This document shows, piece after piece, positions 54,306 to 64,000 of a stretch of DNA of 64,000 nt. Each line of letters opens with the position of its first letter. Within the stretch, counting starts at the first letter, position 1. Made by a program: the position numbers and the translations under genes. Source of the DNA: an uncultured Acidobacteriota bacterium. GTDB taxonomy: Bacteria; Acidobacteriota; Blastocatellia; RBC074. A model generated the notes under the pieces. That model did no database searches and was not told the DNA's origin. It worked only from the letters and a program-made list of their open reading frames with translations. The stretch covers positions 608,001 to 672,000 of the forward strand of contig CAWCKY010000004.1 in NCBI GenBank assembly GCA_963796275.1, read 5' to 3'.

Positions 54306-54490
54306 AACCTATAACTATTCAAGAAGCAGATAGTAACCTGCTCCCTAACCGCTATTTCTAAGGAATCGTTTTATTTCTTCAACTAAATGCACTGAACATT
54401 GAAAGCGCCTGATCATTCATCGCTTCCGCGTCGTCCTATCTTTGCTGAAAGTATGCGTGCAGACGCTTTCCAGAGGAGAAATGGGTAGCA

Positions 54491-55453
54491 ATGACTAAAA
54501 AAACAACGACAACTGAAATGCCCTACCGGCTGCTCGGCAGTACCGGAGAACAAGTCTCCGCCATCGGCGTCGGGGGCTGGCATCTCGGGCTCAATCACGT
54601 AGATGAACAGCTGAGCATACGTATCGTTCGCACTGCGATCGATCGCGGGATAAATTTCATGGATAACTCCTGGGATTACAACGAAGGCGTCAGCGAGATC
54701 CGGATGGGTAAGGCACTGTGCGACGGCTATCGTGATCGCGCATTCCTGATGACCAAGATCGATGGACGCTCGAAAGCGGAGGCTGTCCGGCAGCTCGATG
54801 AATCACTACGACGCCTGCAGGCAGAATGCATCGACCTCGTTCAACATCACGAAGTAATTCGGTTTGAAGACCCGCACCGCATCTTCCATGAGGACGGGGC
54901 CCATGCCGCGTTGATCGACGCGCAGAAGGCCGGCAAGCTGCGCTACATCGGCTTCACCGGCCACAAGGATCCGCGCATCCATCAATACACGCTCGAGGCT
55001 GCCGCGGAATACGGATTCAAGTTCGACGCGGTTCAGATGCCGCTCAGCCTGCTGGACGCTCACTACCGGAGCTTCGAAAAAATTGTGCTTCCCATGCTGG
55101 TGAAACAGAACATCGGAGTGCTCGGGATGAAGAGCATGGCAAACGGCATTCTGTTGAAATCGAATACCGCAACGCCGATTGAATGCCTGCACTATGCTCT
55201 CAACCTGCCAACATCGGTCGTGATAACAGGTATCGACAGCATGGCACTACTCGACCAGGCATTCGAAGCCGTTCGCACGTTCCATCCGCTCAGCAAACAG
55301 GAGCTCGATGTGCTGCTCGCAAAAACCGCGGCGGCCGCATCGAACGGGTATTTCGAACCCTTCAAAACTACCTCGCTCTTCGACAGCACGGCGAATAACC
55401 CCCACTGGCTGGGTGAAGAACCGGCCAATCTAAAACAGCTTCTGCAAGTGTAA
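54491..55453 (+). CDS. Aldo/keto reductase
   Basis: YRLLGSTGEQVSAIGVG, FMDNSWDY, ESLRRLQ...DLVQHH, GKLRYIGFTGH. Confidence 0.92.
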   Translation: MTKKTTTTEMPYRLLGSTGEQVSAIGVGGWHLGLNHVDEQLSIRIVRTAIDRGINFMDNSWDYNEGVSEIRMGKALCDGYRDRAFLMTKIDGRSKAEAVRQLDESLRRLQAECIDLVQHHEVIRFEDPHRIFHEDGAHAALIDAQKAGKLRYIGFTGHKDPRIHQYTLEAAAEYGFKFDAVQMPLSLLDAHYRSFEKIVLPMLVKQNIGVLGMKSMANGILLKSNTATPIECLHYALNLPTSVVITGIDSMALLDQAFEAVRTFHPLSKQELDVLLAKTAAAASNGYFEPFKTTSLFDSTANNPHWLGEEPANLKQLLQV

Positions 55454-55714
55454 CCAGATTTGTCCGGGCAACGGAAAACAAAAGAGCAGAGAGAACACTA
55501 AGTACAATTTTTTCTTGTGTTCTCTCTGCTTCTTTCCCGTGCGCGCCCTCAGATTTGCGATGCCGGGTTATGATTGACAGATACATAGACATTTATCAAT
55601 ATATCGATGCGATAACTATGCGATGACAATGAAGTATGGAAGAAAAGATCAGTCGAAAAATCACTGAGCATCGCGCTTAACGAGAGTAGATTATGGAGAA
55701 TGAGAGGATAAAAA

Positions 55715-56827
55715 TTGATAATTGATAGACATATTCTTTCGCCTGCCAAGATAGGGTCCTTGCAACTTCCCAATCGAATGGTGATGGCGCCGCTGACGCG
55801 CGGGCGCGCTGGCAGAGGCAATGTGCCGGGAATTATGAATGCCGAATATTATGCGCAACGCGCATCGGCGGGACTCATCATCACAGAAGCGACGCAGGTC
55901 TCGCCACAAGGTATCGGGTACCCCAATACTCCTGGCATTCACACGGCACAGCAGGTCGCCGGCTGGCGTCTGGTGACGGATGCCGTCCATTCAGGTGGCG
56001 GAACGATATTTCTTCAACTTTGGCACGTCGGGCGTATCTCGCATCCCAGCTTGCAGGAGGGTGGCGCATTACCTGTCGCGCCCTCAGAGGTCGGGCCGAA
56101 GGGCGATGCCATCACATATGAAGGCAGGAAGGCTTTCGTGGCTCCGCGCGCGCTAGAGATGAGCGAGATCTCCGAGGTTGTCGCCCAATTCCGCGATGGC
56201 GCGAAGCATGCCCTCGATGCTGGATTCGATGGCGTCGAGATACACGCCGCCAATGGTTATCTGATCGACCAGTTCCTGCGTGACGGCACCAACTTGCGCA
56301 CCGACGGCTATGGCGGTCGCGTAGAGAATCGCGCGCGTTTTCTGCTGGAGGTCGTTGAATCTGTCAGCGGAATCTGGGGCGCGGAGCGCGTCGGTGTCCG
56401 GATTTCGCCTACCAGCGCGTTCAACGATCTGTCTGACTCAGACCCTCAGAAGATATTCGGATATGCCGCCGAATCTTTGGGCCGTCTGGGGATCGCTTAT
56501 CTGCACGTCGTTGAGGGTACCGAAACCGATGATTTCGATTTCCTCCGAGGGGCCAGTACGAGCGTATTTTTTCGCGGGCTGCGCGATGCATTCGGTGGAG
56601 CTTACATCGCCAATGGCGGCTATGATTTTGAGCGTGCCAATGCGAGTCTTGCGCGCGGCGACGTCGATCTCGTCTCGTTCGGCCGACTGTTTCTCGCCAA
56701 TCCGGACTTGCCGGAGCGCTTTGCCAGGAACGCGCCGTTGAATGCGCCGGATATTGCGACTTTCTACGGCGGCGATGAAAAAGGCTACACGGACTACCCT
56801 GCGCTAGAACAACAAGCAGCCGCATAG
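55715..56827 (+). CDS. Old yellow enzyme / alkene reductase (NemA-like)
   Basis: NRMVMAPLTRGR, QLWHVGRISH, GFDGVEIHAANGYLIDQFL, FLANPDLPER. Confidence 0.95.
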   Translation: MIIDRHILSPAKIGSLQLPNRMVMAPLTRGRAGRGNVPGIMNAEYYAQRASAGLIITEATQVSPQGIGYPNTPGIHTAQQVAGWRLVTDAVHSGGGTIFLQLWHVGRISHPSLQEGGALPVAPSEVGPKGDAITYEGRKAFVAPRALEMSEISEVVAQFRDGAKHALDAGFDGVEIHAANGYLIDQFLRDGTNLRTDGYGGRVENRARFLLEVVESVSGIWGAERVGVRISPTSAFNDLSDSDPQKIFGYAAESLGRLGIAYLHVVEGTETDDFDFLRGASTSVFFRGLRDAFGGAYIANGGYDFERANASLARGDVDLVSFGRLFLANPDLPERFARNAPLNAPDIATFYGGDEKGYTDYPALEQQAAA

Positions 56828-56846
56828 ATGAGAAGGGGGACCGAAC

Positions 56847-58533
56847 TCAACTGCAGCAGCGATCACCAACGCGGCAAAAACATGACGATCCGATCTCCAC
56901 ATCGGCCCGGGCAAGAGCCAGATCGAGGCGAGCCTGCGCGGACGCCGCTTCCTCGCGCTTGCCCAGCCGGTGGAGACATTCAACATACCCATGCAGGCTC
57001 CAGACGTTGTCAGGATGCTGAGATGCCCGGTTGAGCGTATGGTCGAGCCCCAGGTCGGCCCGATAAACCTGGGCTGCTTCTTCCACCCGATCCTGTTCCA
57101 GTAGTAACGCGCCCAATGCATGCCGGGCCGGCTGCATCCACCCCCATGGCTCGTCATAGGGCAGGCTGTCGTCGAGTTCCACCGCATGGCGCAGGTGGGC
57201 GAAGGCGGTTTCGTACTCGCCCTTACGATACTCGATCTCGCCACCCAACATTGCGCCGGCGATCGATAAGATATCCGTGCAGGTGTTGTTGAAGATCCTG
57301 CGCGTCTCCTGTACTCGGGCGAACGCTTCAATGAATAGTTGCTGTTCCGCTTCTGCAGCAGCTATCTGTCCACTGGCCGAGTGGGCCACTCCCTTTAGCG
57401 TAATGAAGCATCGCCGTCGTCACGCTATAAAGTTCCTGGTCGGCTGGTAGATGCTCATCAATGATCTCCCGCCATTTACCGAACCGCACCAGAACGTGCA
57501 CTTTAATTGCCACAAAACCCTCCAACCAGTCGGCCATAGGCGGCGACGTCACGCGCAACAGTTCTTCCGGGATGGTTGCGGCCAGTTCATTGGCGGCTTC
57601 CATGGCCGATCGGTACTGGCCAAGAAACATCGCTGAATAGAGCTTGAAGTGCAGGTTGTGGGTTCGATAAATGGTGTAGAAATTGAGTGGTCCCTCGCGA
57701 TCCAGATATATGCGATCGGCGCGGATCGCCCTGTTATTAGCGACCATTGCCGCATAATAATGGCCGCAGAGCAGATCGATATGCGATGGCATGTGGCACA
57801 GATGACCGGCATCGGGCATCAGGTCGCGGAGCGGATCGCACGCCCGCAAAGCCCGCTCGGGATGGGGTGACATTTCCATCGTATGAATATACATGTGAAG
57901 TACGCCCGGATGCGGCGCTCCCCCGCGCTCGTCCATAATCCGAAGGGCGCGTTCGAGCACTGCCACAGCTTCGAGCGTATCAGCGCCCCGCGCGGGTTCG
58001 CCGCTTTTCAGGTCCCACAACTTCCATGGCGTCCGGTCGATCATCGCCTCGGCAAAGAGGGCGATGACATCGAGATCATCGGGAAAAGCTTGGTAGACAC
58101 CTCTCATCGCCGACGAGTAGGCATCGTTCCAGGCGCATAAATCTTCATTGCTCAACACCTGATCTGATTGGTAACGCAACTCGATCGCCCTGATGAGCTC
58201 CCGTTCCACCGGCGATGCAACGGCGATAAGAGAAACCGCAGACTCGGTCGCGCGGCGCGCAACGGTTACAGCATTCGTTATCTCATCTTCGGCAAAATCT
58301 TCCCATCGTTTGTTATAGTTCGGGCCGGAGGCATAAGCGATGCCCCAATAAGCGATCGCGCATCTGCTGTCGTGTTCAATCGCCTTGCGGAAACAGCGGA
58401 CTGACTCTTCATGGTTATAGCCGTAACTCCAGAGCAACCCGCGATCGAACCAGACCTGAGCCTCCATCGAGTTAGTAGTTATCGGACGGCTGTATATGCC
58501 CAAATCATAATATTCACTATATTCACCCATCAT
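56847..58533 (-). CDS. TPR-containing conserved protein with His-rich motifs (frameshift near 57392)
   Basis: AQVWFDRGL...YNHEE, HMYIHTME, HLCHMPSHI, YDEPWGWMQPARHALG; two overlapping ORFs. Confidence 0.8.
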
Positions 58534-58723
58534 CGTTCCAACACCTCCATTCTCCCGTTTTCTCACGGGCGATCATATAAAAATAGACACCAAACAGCCG
58601 CCGAAGTAAATGTGATGTGTGTGATCTTAAATGCAAAAGAGAGGCCTGTGGACCCAAATTTAGTACCGGGCATAACCCGATAAACGGTAAAAATCCGAAG
58701 ATCGACAATGTCTCGTTTGAGAT

Positions 58724-59020
58724 TCCGCGTTTGGAGCTCCGCGTTTGGAGTTCCGCGTTTGGAGTTCCGCGTTTACGCGGTCTTCTCCACGTTTTGGAGC
58801 CACGTTAGTTTGGAGCTCCGCGTTTGGAGCTCCGCGTTTGGAGTTCCGCGTTTACGCGGTCTTCTCCACGTTTTGGAGTCACGTTAGCCTCGAGCTCCGC
58901 GCTTGGAGCTCCGCGTTTGGAGTTCCGCGTTTGGAGTTCCGCGTTTACGCGGTCTTCTCCACGTTTTGGAGTCACGTTAGCCTCGAGCTCCGCGCTTGGA
59001 GTTCCGCGTTTACGCGGTCT
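58724..59020. repeat. REP-like array downstream of the RAYT gene
   Basis: Tandem TTGGAG(T/C)TCCGCGT 14-mers and four GGAGTTCCGCGTTTACGCGGTCTT palindromic units. Confidence 0.9.
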
Positions 59021-59110
59021 TCAGTCCTCATTTAGTCTGATTTATCCATTCCATCGACGCGAGGAAAATTGAATTCTCAAACAATGCGGAACTCCTAACT
59101 CCAAACCCAA

Positions 59111-59731
59111 TCAATCAACATCCCACTTCTTACCGTAATCAAGAATTGGATGCTCGTACCAGATCCTTTCCACCTCTTCGCGCCCTGCCTGCTCAAGAAA
59201 AAGGGCCGCGCTCGACCAAGGCCAGTCCGCCCATTTCTCAACATAACCGTGATGAATAGGATTGTGATGAATATAATTCAGGGTAGCGTAGAAATGTCTA
59301 TCCGACCTCATCTCGCGATCGAAGCAGCGATACCAGACTTTTCGTCCGAGTTGATCATCCTCCTGGTTCCACAATCTGGAGGAGCGTCCGTGAAACTTGC
59401 CGATTTCACGGCAAAACTGTCTGATAGCCTCGGACTTCAATAACAGATGATAATGATTCGGCAAAACACACCAGGCGTAAATATCGCAACCCGCTTGTTG
59501 ACATATTGAGAGAATCACTTTCTCACACTCCGACATTCGCTGTGGACTTACGCCTATATAATGCTGATGCTCGTAACATGCGGCGCTGACCAAATATCTG
59601 TCGTTATAACCCATACTGTCGTGTGGCGGTGAGTGCCAGGGAACTCCCTTCGCTTTCCGCCAAGCCACTACTTCCGCGCGCATCTCCGGGGACATCTCGC
59701 GAAAAGCGTACATAAGTTTTACCTCCTGCAT
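59111..59731 (-). mobile_element. REP-associated tyrosine transposase (RAYT/TnpA-REP)
   Basis: AWCVLPNHYHLL (HUH), NYIHHNP, WPWSS; REP arrays on both sides. Confidence 0.9.
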
Positions 59732-59834
59732 TCGGCATTTACGGGTTTCCTATGCATATAGATTTCTATTGATTGACGCAGAAATTCCAACTCTCTGCTC
59801 ACTTTCTGCTACGTGTTTGTAGTCGTATAAGATT

Positions 59835-60175
59835 TCGCGTTTAGAGTTCCCGTTTGGAGTTCCCGTTTGGAGTTCCGTGTTTACGCGGTCTTTACCTTTT
59901 CGCATGCAATTTTCTGACCGCCTGAAGGCGGAACTCCAAACTCAAGTTCGCTTGGAGTTCCGCGTTTACACGGTCTTTTCTTTTTCCACGCGATTTCTGA
60001 CCGCCTGAAGGCGGAACTCCAAACTTCAGTTTCGCGTTTACATCGTCTTTTCTTTCCCACGTGATTTTTCTGACCGCCTGAAAGCGGAACTCCAAACTCA
60101 AGTTCGTTTGTAGTTTCGCGTTTACATCGTCATTTCCACGCGATTTTCTGACCGCCTGAAAGCGGAACTCCAAAC
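59835..60175. repeat. REP/BIME-like array upstream of the RAYT gene
   Basis: Four ACCGCCTGAA(G/A)GCGGAACTCCAAAC units alternating with inverted GTT(C/T)CGCGTTTAC units. Confidence 0.9.
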
Positions 60176-60324
60176 CGAACCTACCGGGATTGACCATCAC
60201 ATTGATTGCGGCTTACATTGCCTCTCTCATAAACGCAAAATCCTCGAACCCTGAAATCAAGTGAGAATGTGAAAGAGAGAGAGAAAGTGAGCGAGAAGAC
60301 AATACAAGCGAAACAGGAGCAACC

Positions 60325-62136
60325 ATGAGAACCATCATCTTTATTATCGCCATTTTATTTTTACCATTGACCGCAAATTCTCAGCAGACAAACCCTGAAT
60401 CGCGTTTTGCCAAGCTCGATACCGTCAGGGTGCATTACCAGAATTACGGCAGTGGCAAAGAAGCGCTCGTCTTCGTTCACGGATGGACGTGCAATCTGAA
60501 TTTCTGGAAGGCGAATATTCCAGCATTCGTCAAACAGACCCGCGTGATCGCCATCGATCTGCCCGGCCACGGTGAGAGCGATAAGCCGCAGACCACATAT
60601 TCGATGGATTTCTTCGCTCGTGCTATCGATGCGGTTCTGCAGGACGCTAAAGTGGAGCGAGCCGTCCTTGCCGGCCACAGCATGGGCACTCCAGTTGTGC
60701 GGCAGTTCTATCGCAAATTTCCCCAGAAGACTCAAGCGCTCGTCCTCGTCGATGGCGGGCTGCGGCCTTTCGGAAACCGGGAGGCAATGGAGAAATTTAT
60801 TGAGCCGTTTCGCGGGCCGAATTACAAAGAGGCTGCCAACCGGATGGTCAATATGATGCTCCCCACCGTCAAGGATGTGAATGTGCGGGAAGAGATTCGC
60901 TCAGCTATGCTCTCCGCGCCACAGCACGTCATGGCCGGCGCGATGGAAGGAATGGCCGATCCGGATGTCTGGAAGACTCAGGACAAAATCAATGTACCGG
61001 TTTTGGCCATTTACGCAAAACAACCATTTTGGACGAACGAGTATGAGCGATTTGTGCGCGGTATTGTTCCGGATCTCGATTACCAATTGTGGGAAGGCGT
61101 GAGCCATTTCCTCATGATGGATGAACCTCAGAAGTTTAACGATGCCGTTCTCGCTTTCTTGAAGAAGAATAAACTCGTCAACGATAAAGCCGATCGCGTC
61201 TCGGGCATACCTGGTCAGGCGTTGAGTCCTGCCCCCCTGGCGCAAACAACCACCGCGCAACAACTCGGATACGGTCCGAACGACAAGGTCTTGATGGTTC
61301 ATGCCGATGATCTGGGAATGTCACACTCTGTCAACGTGGCTACCATCGATGCCTTTAAAAAAGGCATGGTGACCTCGGGCAGCATTATGGTTCCCTGCCC
61401 CTGGTTTCCGGAGATCGCAGCCTATGCCAGGGAACATCCTGAACTTGATCTGGGTCTGCATTTGACTCTGACCAGCGAATGGAAATTTTTGCGTTGGCGG
61501 CCAGTGGCCTCGCCGGAGAAGGTCAAAGGATTGCTGGACGAAGAAGGTTATATGTGGCGCTCTGAGCGGCAGACCGCGATGAAGGCTACGCCGCAGGAGG
61601 TCGAGATCGAATTGCGCGCACAGATCGAACGCGCTCGGCAATTCGGGATCAAGCCCACACACCTCGACACACATATGGGCACGCTCTACACACGTAGGGA
61701 TTTTTTTGATGTATACACAAAACTCGGCAAGGAATATGGCATCCCGGTAATGGTGATGCGCCCGACGCCCGAAATCCTGGCTTACGGCAAACAGACCGGC
61801 TCACCGATCACTGAAGAACTCTTGAAAAAAGTCGAAGCCGACGGATTCGTGATGCTGGATTATCTGGCCACGGGCGTGCCGGGCAAGAATTTCGCTGAAC
61901 GGAAAGAGTCGTATAAAAAATTCCTGCGAAGCCTGAAGCCCGGCGTAACAATGCTGATCGTACATCTTGGGATGAATGACCCCGAATTGAAAGCCACAAC
62001 CGGGTCGTGGGAAGAGCGTTACGGCGATTTCCTCTCTTTCACCGATCCCGAAATCGCGGCGCTCATCAAAGAACTGGGGATCAAACTGACGACGTGGCGT
62101 GAGATGGGCAAAATCGCCTGGAAGAAGGAAAACTGA
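60325..62136 (+). CDS. Fusion of alpha/beta hydrolase and YdjC/ChbG-like deacetylase
   Basis: VFVHGW, GHSMG, SHFLMMD followed by [23 protein letters not shown] in one ORF. Confidence 0.85.
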   Translation: MRTIIFIIAILFLPLTANSQQTNPESRFAKLDTVRVHYQNYGSGKEALVFVHGWTCNLNFWKANIPAFVKQTRVIAIDLPGHGESDKPQTTYSMDFFARAIDAVLQDAKVERAVLAGHSMGTPVVRQFYRKFPQKTQALVLVDGGLRPFGNREAMEKFIEPFRGPNYKEAANRMVNMMLPTVKDVNVREEIRSAMLSAPQHVMAGAMEGMADPDVWKTQDKINVPVLAIYAKQPFWTNEYERFVRGIVPDLDYQLWEGVSHFLMMDEPQKFNDAVLAFLKKNKLVNDKADRVSGIPGQALSPAPLAQTTTAQQLGYGPNDKVLMVHADDLGMSHSVNVATIDAFKKGMVTSGSIMVPCPWFPEIAAYAREHPELDLGLHLTLTSEWKFLRWRPVASPEKVKGLLDEEGYMWRSERQTAMKATPQEVEIELRAQIERARQFGIKPTHLDTHMGTLYTRRDFFDVYTKLGKEYGIPVMVMRPTPEILAYGKQTGSPITEELLKKVEADGFVMLDYLATGVPGKNFAERKESYKKFLRSLKPGVTMLIVHLGMNDPELKATTGSWEERYGDFLSFTDPEIAALIKELGIKLTTWREMGKIAWKKEN

Positions 62137-62222
62137 AGCTTTACAATTGATGTTTTACGCGAATTCCAGTGTCTCGGTTGCCCAGGCAAACAAACTTAAT
62201 TAGATTTCCATCTCCCTAACGA

Positions 62223-64000
62223 TCAATTCTGCTTCCCGCCGCTGTTGACCACCGGATGCCTCCAGGCGCCCAGCGGGGTTACCAGCGATTTCGCCGCCCA
62301 CGCATCCCACTTCAAAGCCATCTCCTTAACGCGCTGGGGCTGTTCTACGGCAAGGTTGCGGAGTTCCGCCCGGTCGGCTTCGATGTCATAAAGTTCCCAT
62401 GGCTGATTCTCCTGGGCGACCAGTTTCCATTTTCCCTCGCGTATTGCGCGATTGCCTTCGTGTTCCCAGAATATCGGTTTTCCGCGATCGATCGACTTGC
62501 CTTTCAATGCGGGGGCGAGGCTCACGCCCTCCATCGGCGTAATCGCCGCGCCGTTGCGCTCTTTCGGATAACTCGCGCCGGACAGATCTATACACGTCGC
62601 CATCAGATCGATCAGATGTCCAGGAGTCCTGATGAATTTGCGGTGAAGCGACTTGTCGATGCCTGCGGGCCAATGTGCGATGAGCGGGGTCGAGATGCCG
62701 CCTTCGTGAACCCAATGTTTGTATAAGCGCAGCGGCGTGTTCGAGACGTTCGCCCATCCGCGGCCATATGCGATATACGTGTCCGGCCCGCCCGGGCATG
62801 ACGCCGGGGCCCATCACCACCGGATAACCGCCGCGCGTTTGTTTCGGTGCGGAACCGTATTGCTGCGCATCGTCGGGCATCGCAGGGAAGACCGGCTTGT
62901 CGCTCCGCACGGCGAACTTGTTGGTAGCGTTCGGCCTCCGCCCCATCGGTTCCGCACAGGCGCCGTTGTCCTGCAGATAGAAGATGAGCGTGTTATCGAA
63001 CTGCCCGCGCTTTTTCAATTCCTCGACGATACGGCCGATCCCTTGATCCATATTGTCGATCATCGCGGCATAGACCTCCATCGTCCTCGCCTCCCAATCT
63101 TTATTCTTTACCCCATTCCAATCTTCAGCCGGCGGCAACAAATCCCAGCGCGGATCGATCAACCCCATCTTTATCATTCGCTCGTAGCGGGCACGGCGCA
63201 CCGGCGCATACCCGACATCGTATTTGCCCTTGTATTTGGCGACGTCCTTCTCCAATGCGTGCATCGGCCAGTGGGCGGCAGTATATGCGACATACATAAA
63301 AAATGGCTGGCCGCTTTTTTCTGCGCATGATCGGCGATGAAGCGCTGCGCGTGGTCGCTGATCGCATCGGTGTAATAAAACTGGGCCGGACGATATTCCG
63401 GATCGTTGAAGGCGGTGATGAGGGTGTTGTCGCGCACGAGCGAACTGGGGTCATAAAAGCTGCCCGCACCGTGTATCGTCCCGTAATACCGTTCAAAACC
63501 ACGTTGTAACGGCCAGTTGCGCGTTCGAGTCAGGTGCTCCGGCGTATTCCCCGGTGTAACATGCCACTTGCCGATACCATAGGTTGAATATCCGGCGGGC
63601 TTGAGCGCTTCAGCAATCGTCACACAATGTTCGCTCAAATCGCCGCGATATCCATCGGCGCCGCGGTCTTCCATCATATGGCCGATGCCGGCTTGATGCG
63701 GATATAAACCGGTCAGTAATGCCGCACGCGTCGGACAGCAGCGCGCGGTGTTGTAAAACTGCGTGAACCGCACTCCGCCGCTCGCCAGTCCATCCAGATT
63801 CGGCGTGTCTATCTCGCCACCGTAACCACCGATGTCCGAATAGCCCATGTCGTCGGACATGATGATTATGATGTTCGGTCGCTTCGATGTTCTCGACTGG
63901 CGCGTAGCGTCCGCCCGCCTCACGATCACCAGCGCAGCAATTAACATCATAACGGACAGACTTACGAACAAAATCAGTGGTAAAACTCGTTTTTTTGGTA
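62223..64000 (-). CDS. Arylsulfatase (two frameshifts near 63310 and 62790; start beyond window)
   Basis: PNIIIIMSDDMGYSD, CCPTR, GKWH, AAHWPMH, QDNGAC, FWEHEGN over three ORFs. Confidence 0.88.

Noticed and set aside
58724-60175. Possible CRISPR array around 59 kb
   Set aside because: Irregular spacing, both orientations, repeated linkers and a central RAYT indicate REP/BIME

Overview
Bacterial chromosomal window. Gene content (two carboxypeptidase-regulatory-domain TonB-dependent receptors, DUF1549/DUF1553 cytochrome c protein, TPR-CHAT, DUF885, sulfatases) suggests Acidobacteriota or a similar lineage; this is an inference. It holds about 40 genes, mostly on the minus strand, and no rRNA, tRNA or CRISPR array was seen. 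Six genes are split by about nine frameshifts, most likely long-read assembly errors. Main highlights: (1) a compact putative RiPP locus at 43937-46383 with a Gly-rich precursor carrying 10 W-x-N motifs behind a twin-arginine (Tat)-like signal peptide, a partner protein with only a SPASM-like Cys motif, and a radical SAM/SPASM enzyme, i.e. a candidate Tat-exported poly-cyclophane system; (2) two unrelated HUH/Y1 transposases, each embedded in its own large array of palindromic REP-like repeats (2778-5240 and 58724-60175), one of them lying between a sensor kinase and its likely response regulator; (3) a clostripain + TPR-CHAT + ECF sigma/anti-sigma module; (4) an orphan mbtH-thioesterase II-htpG operon with no NRPS in the window; (5) a candidate structured sRNA at 27339-27516 with CCUCC in three hairpin loops.
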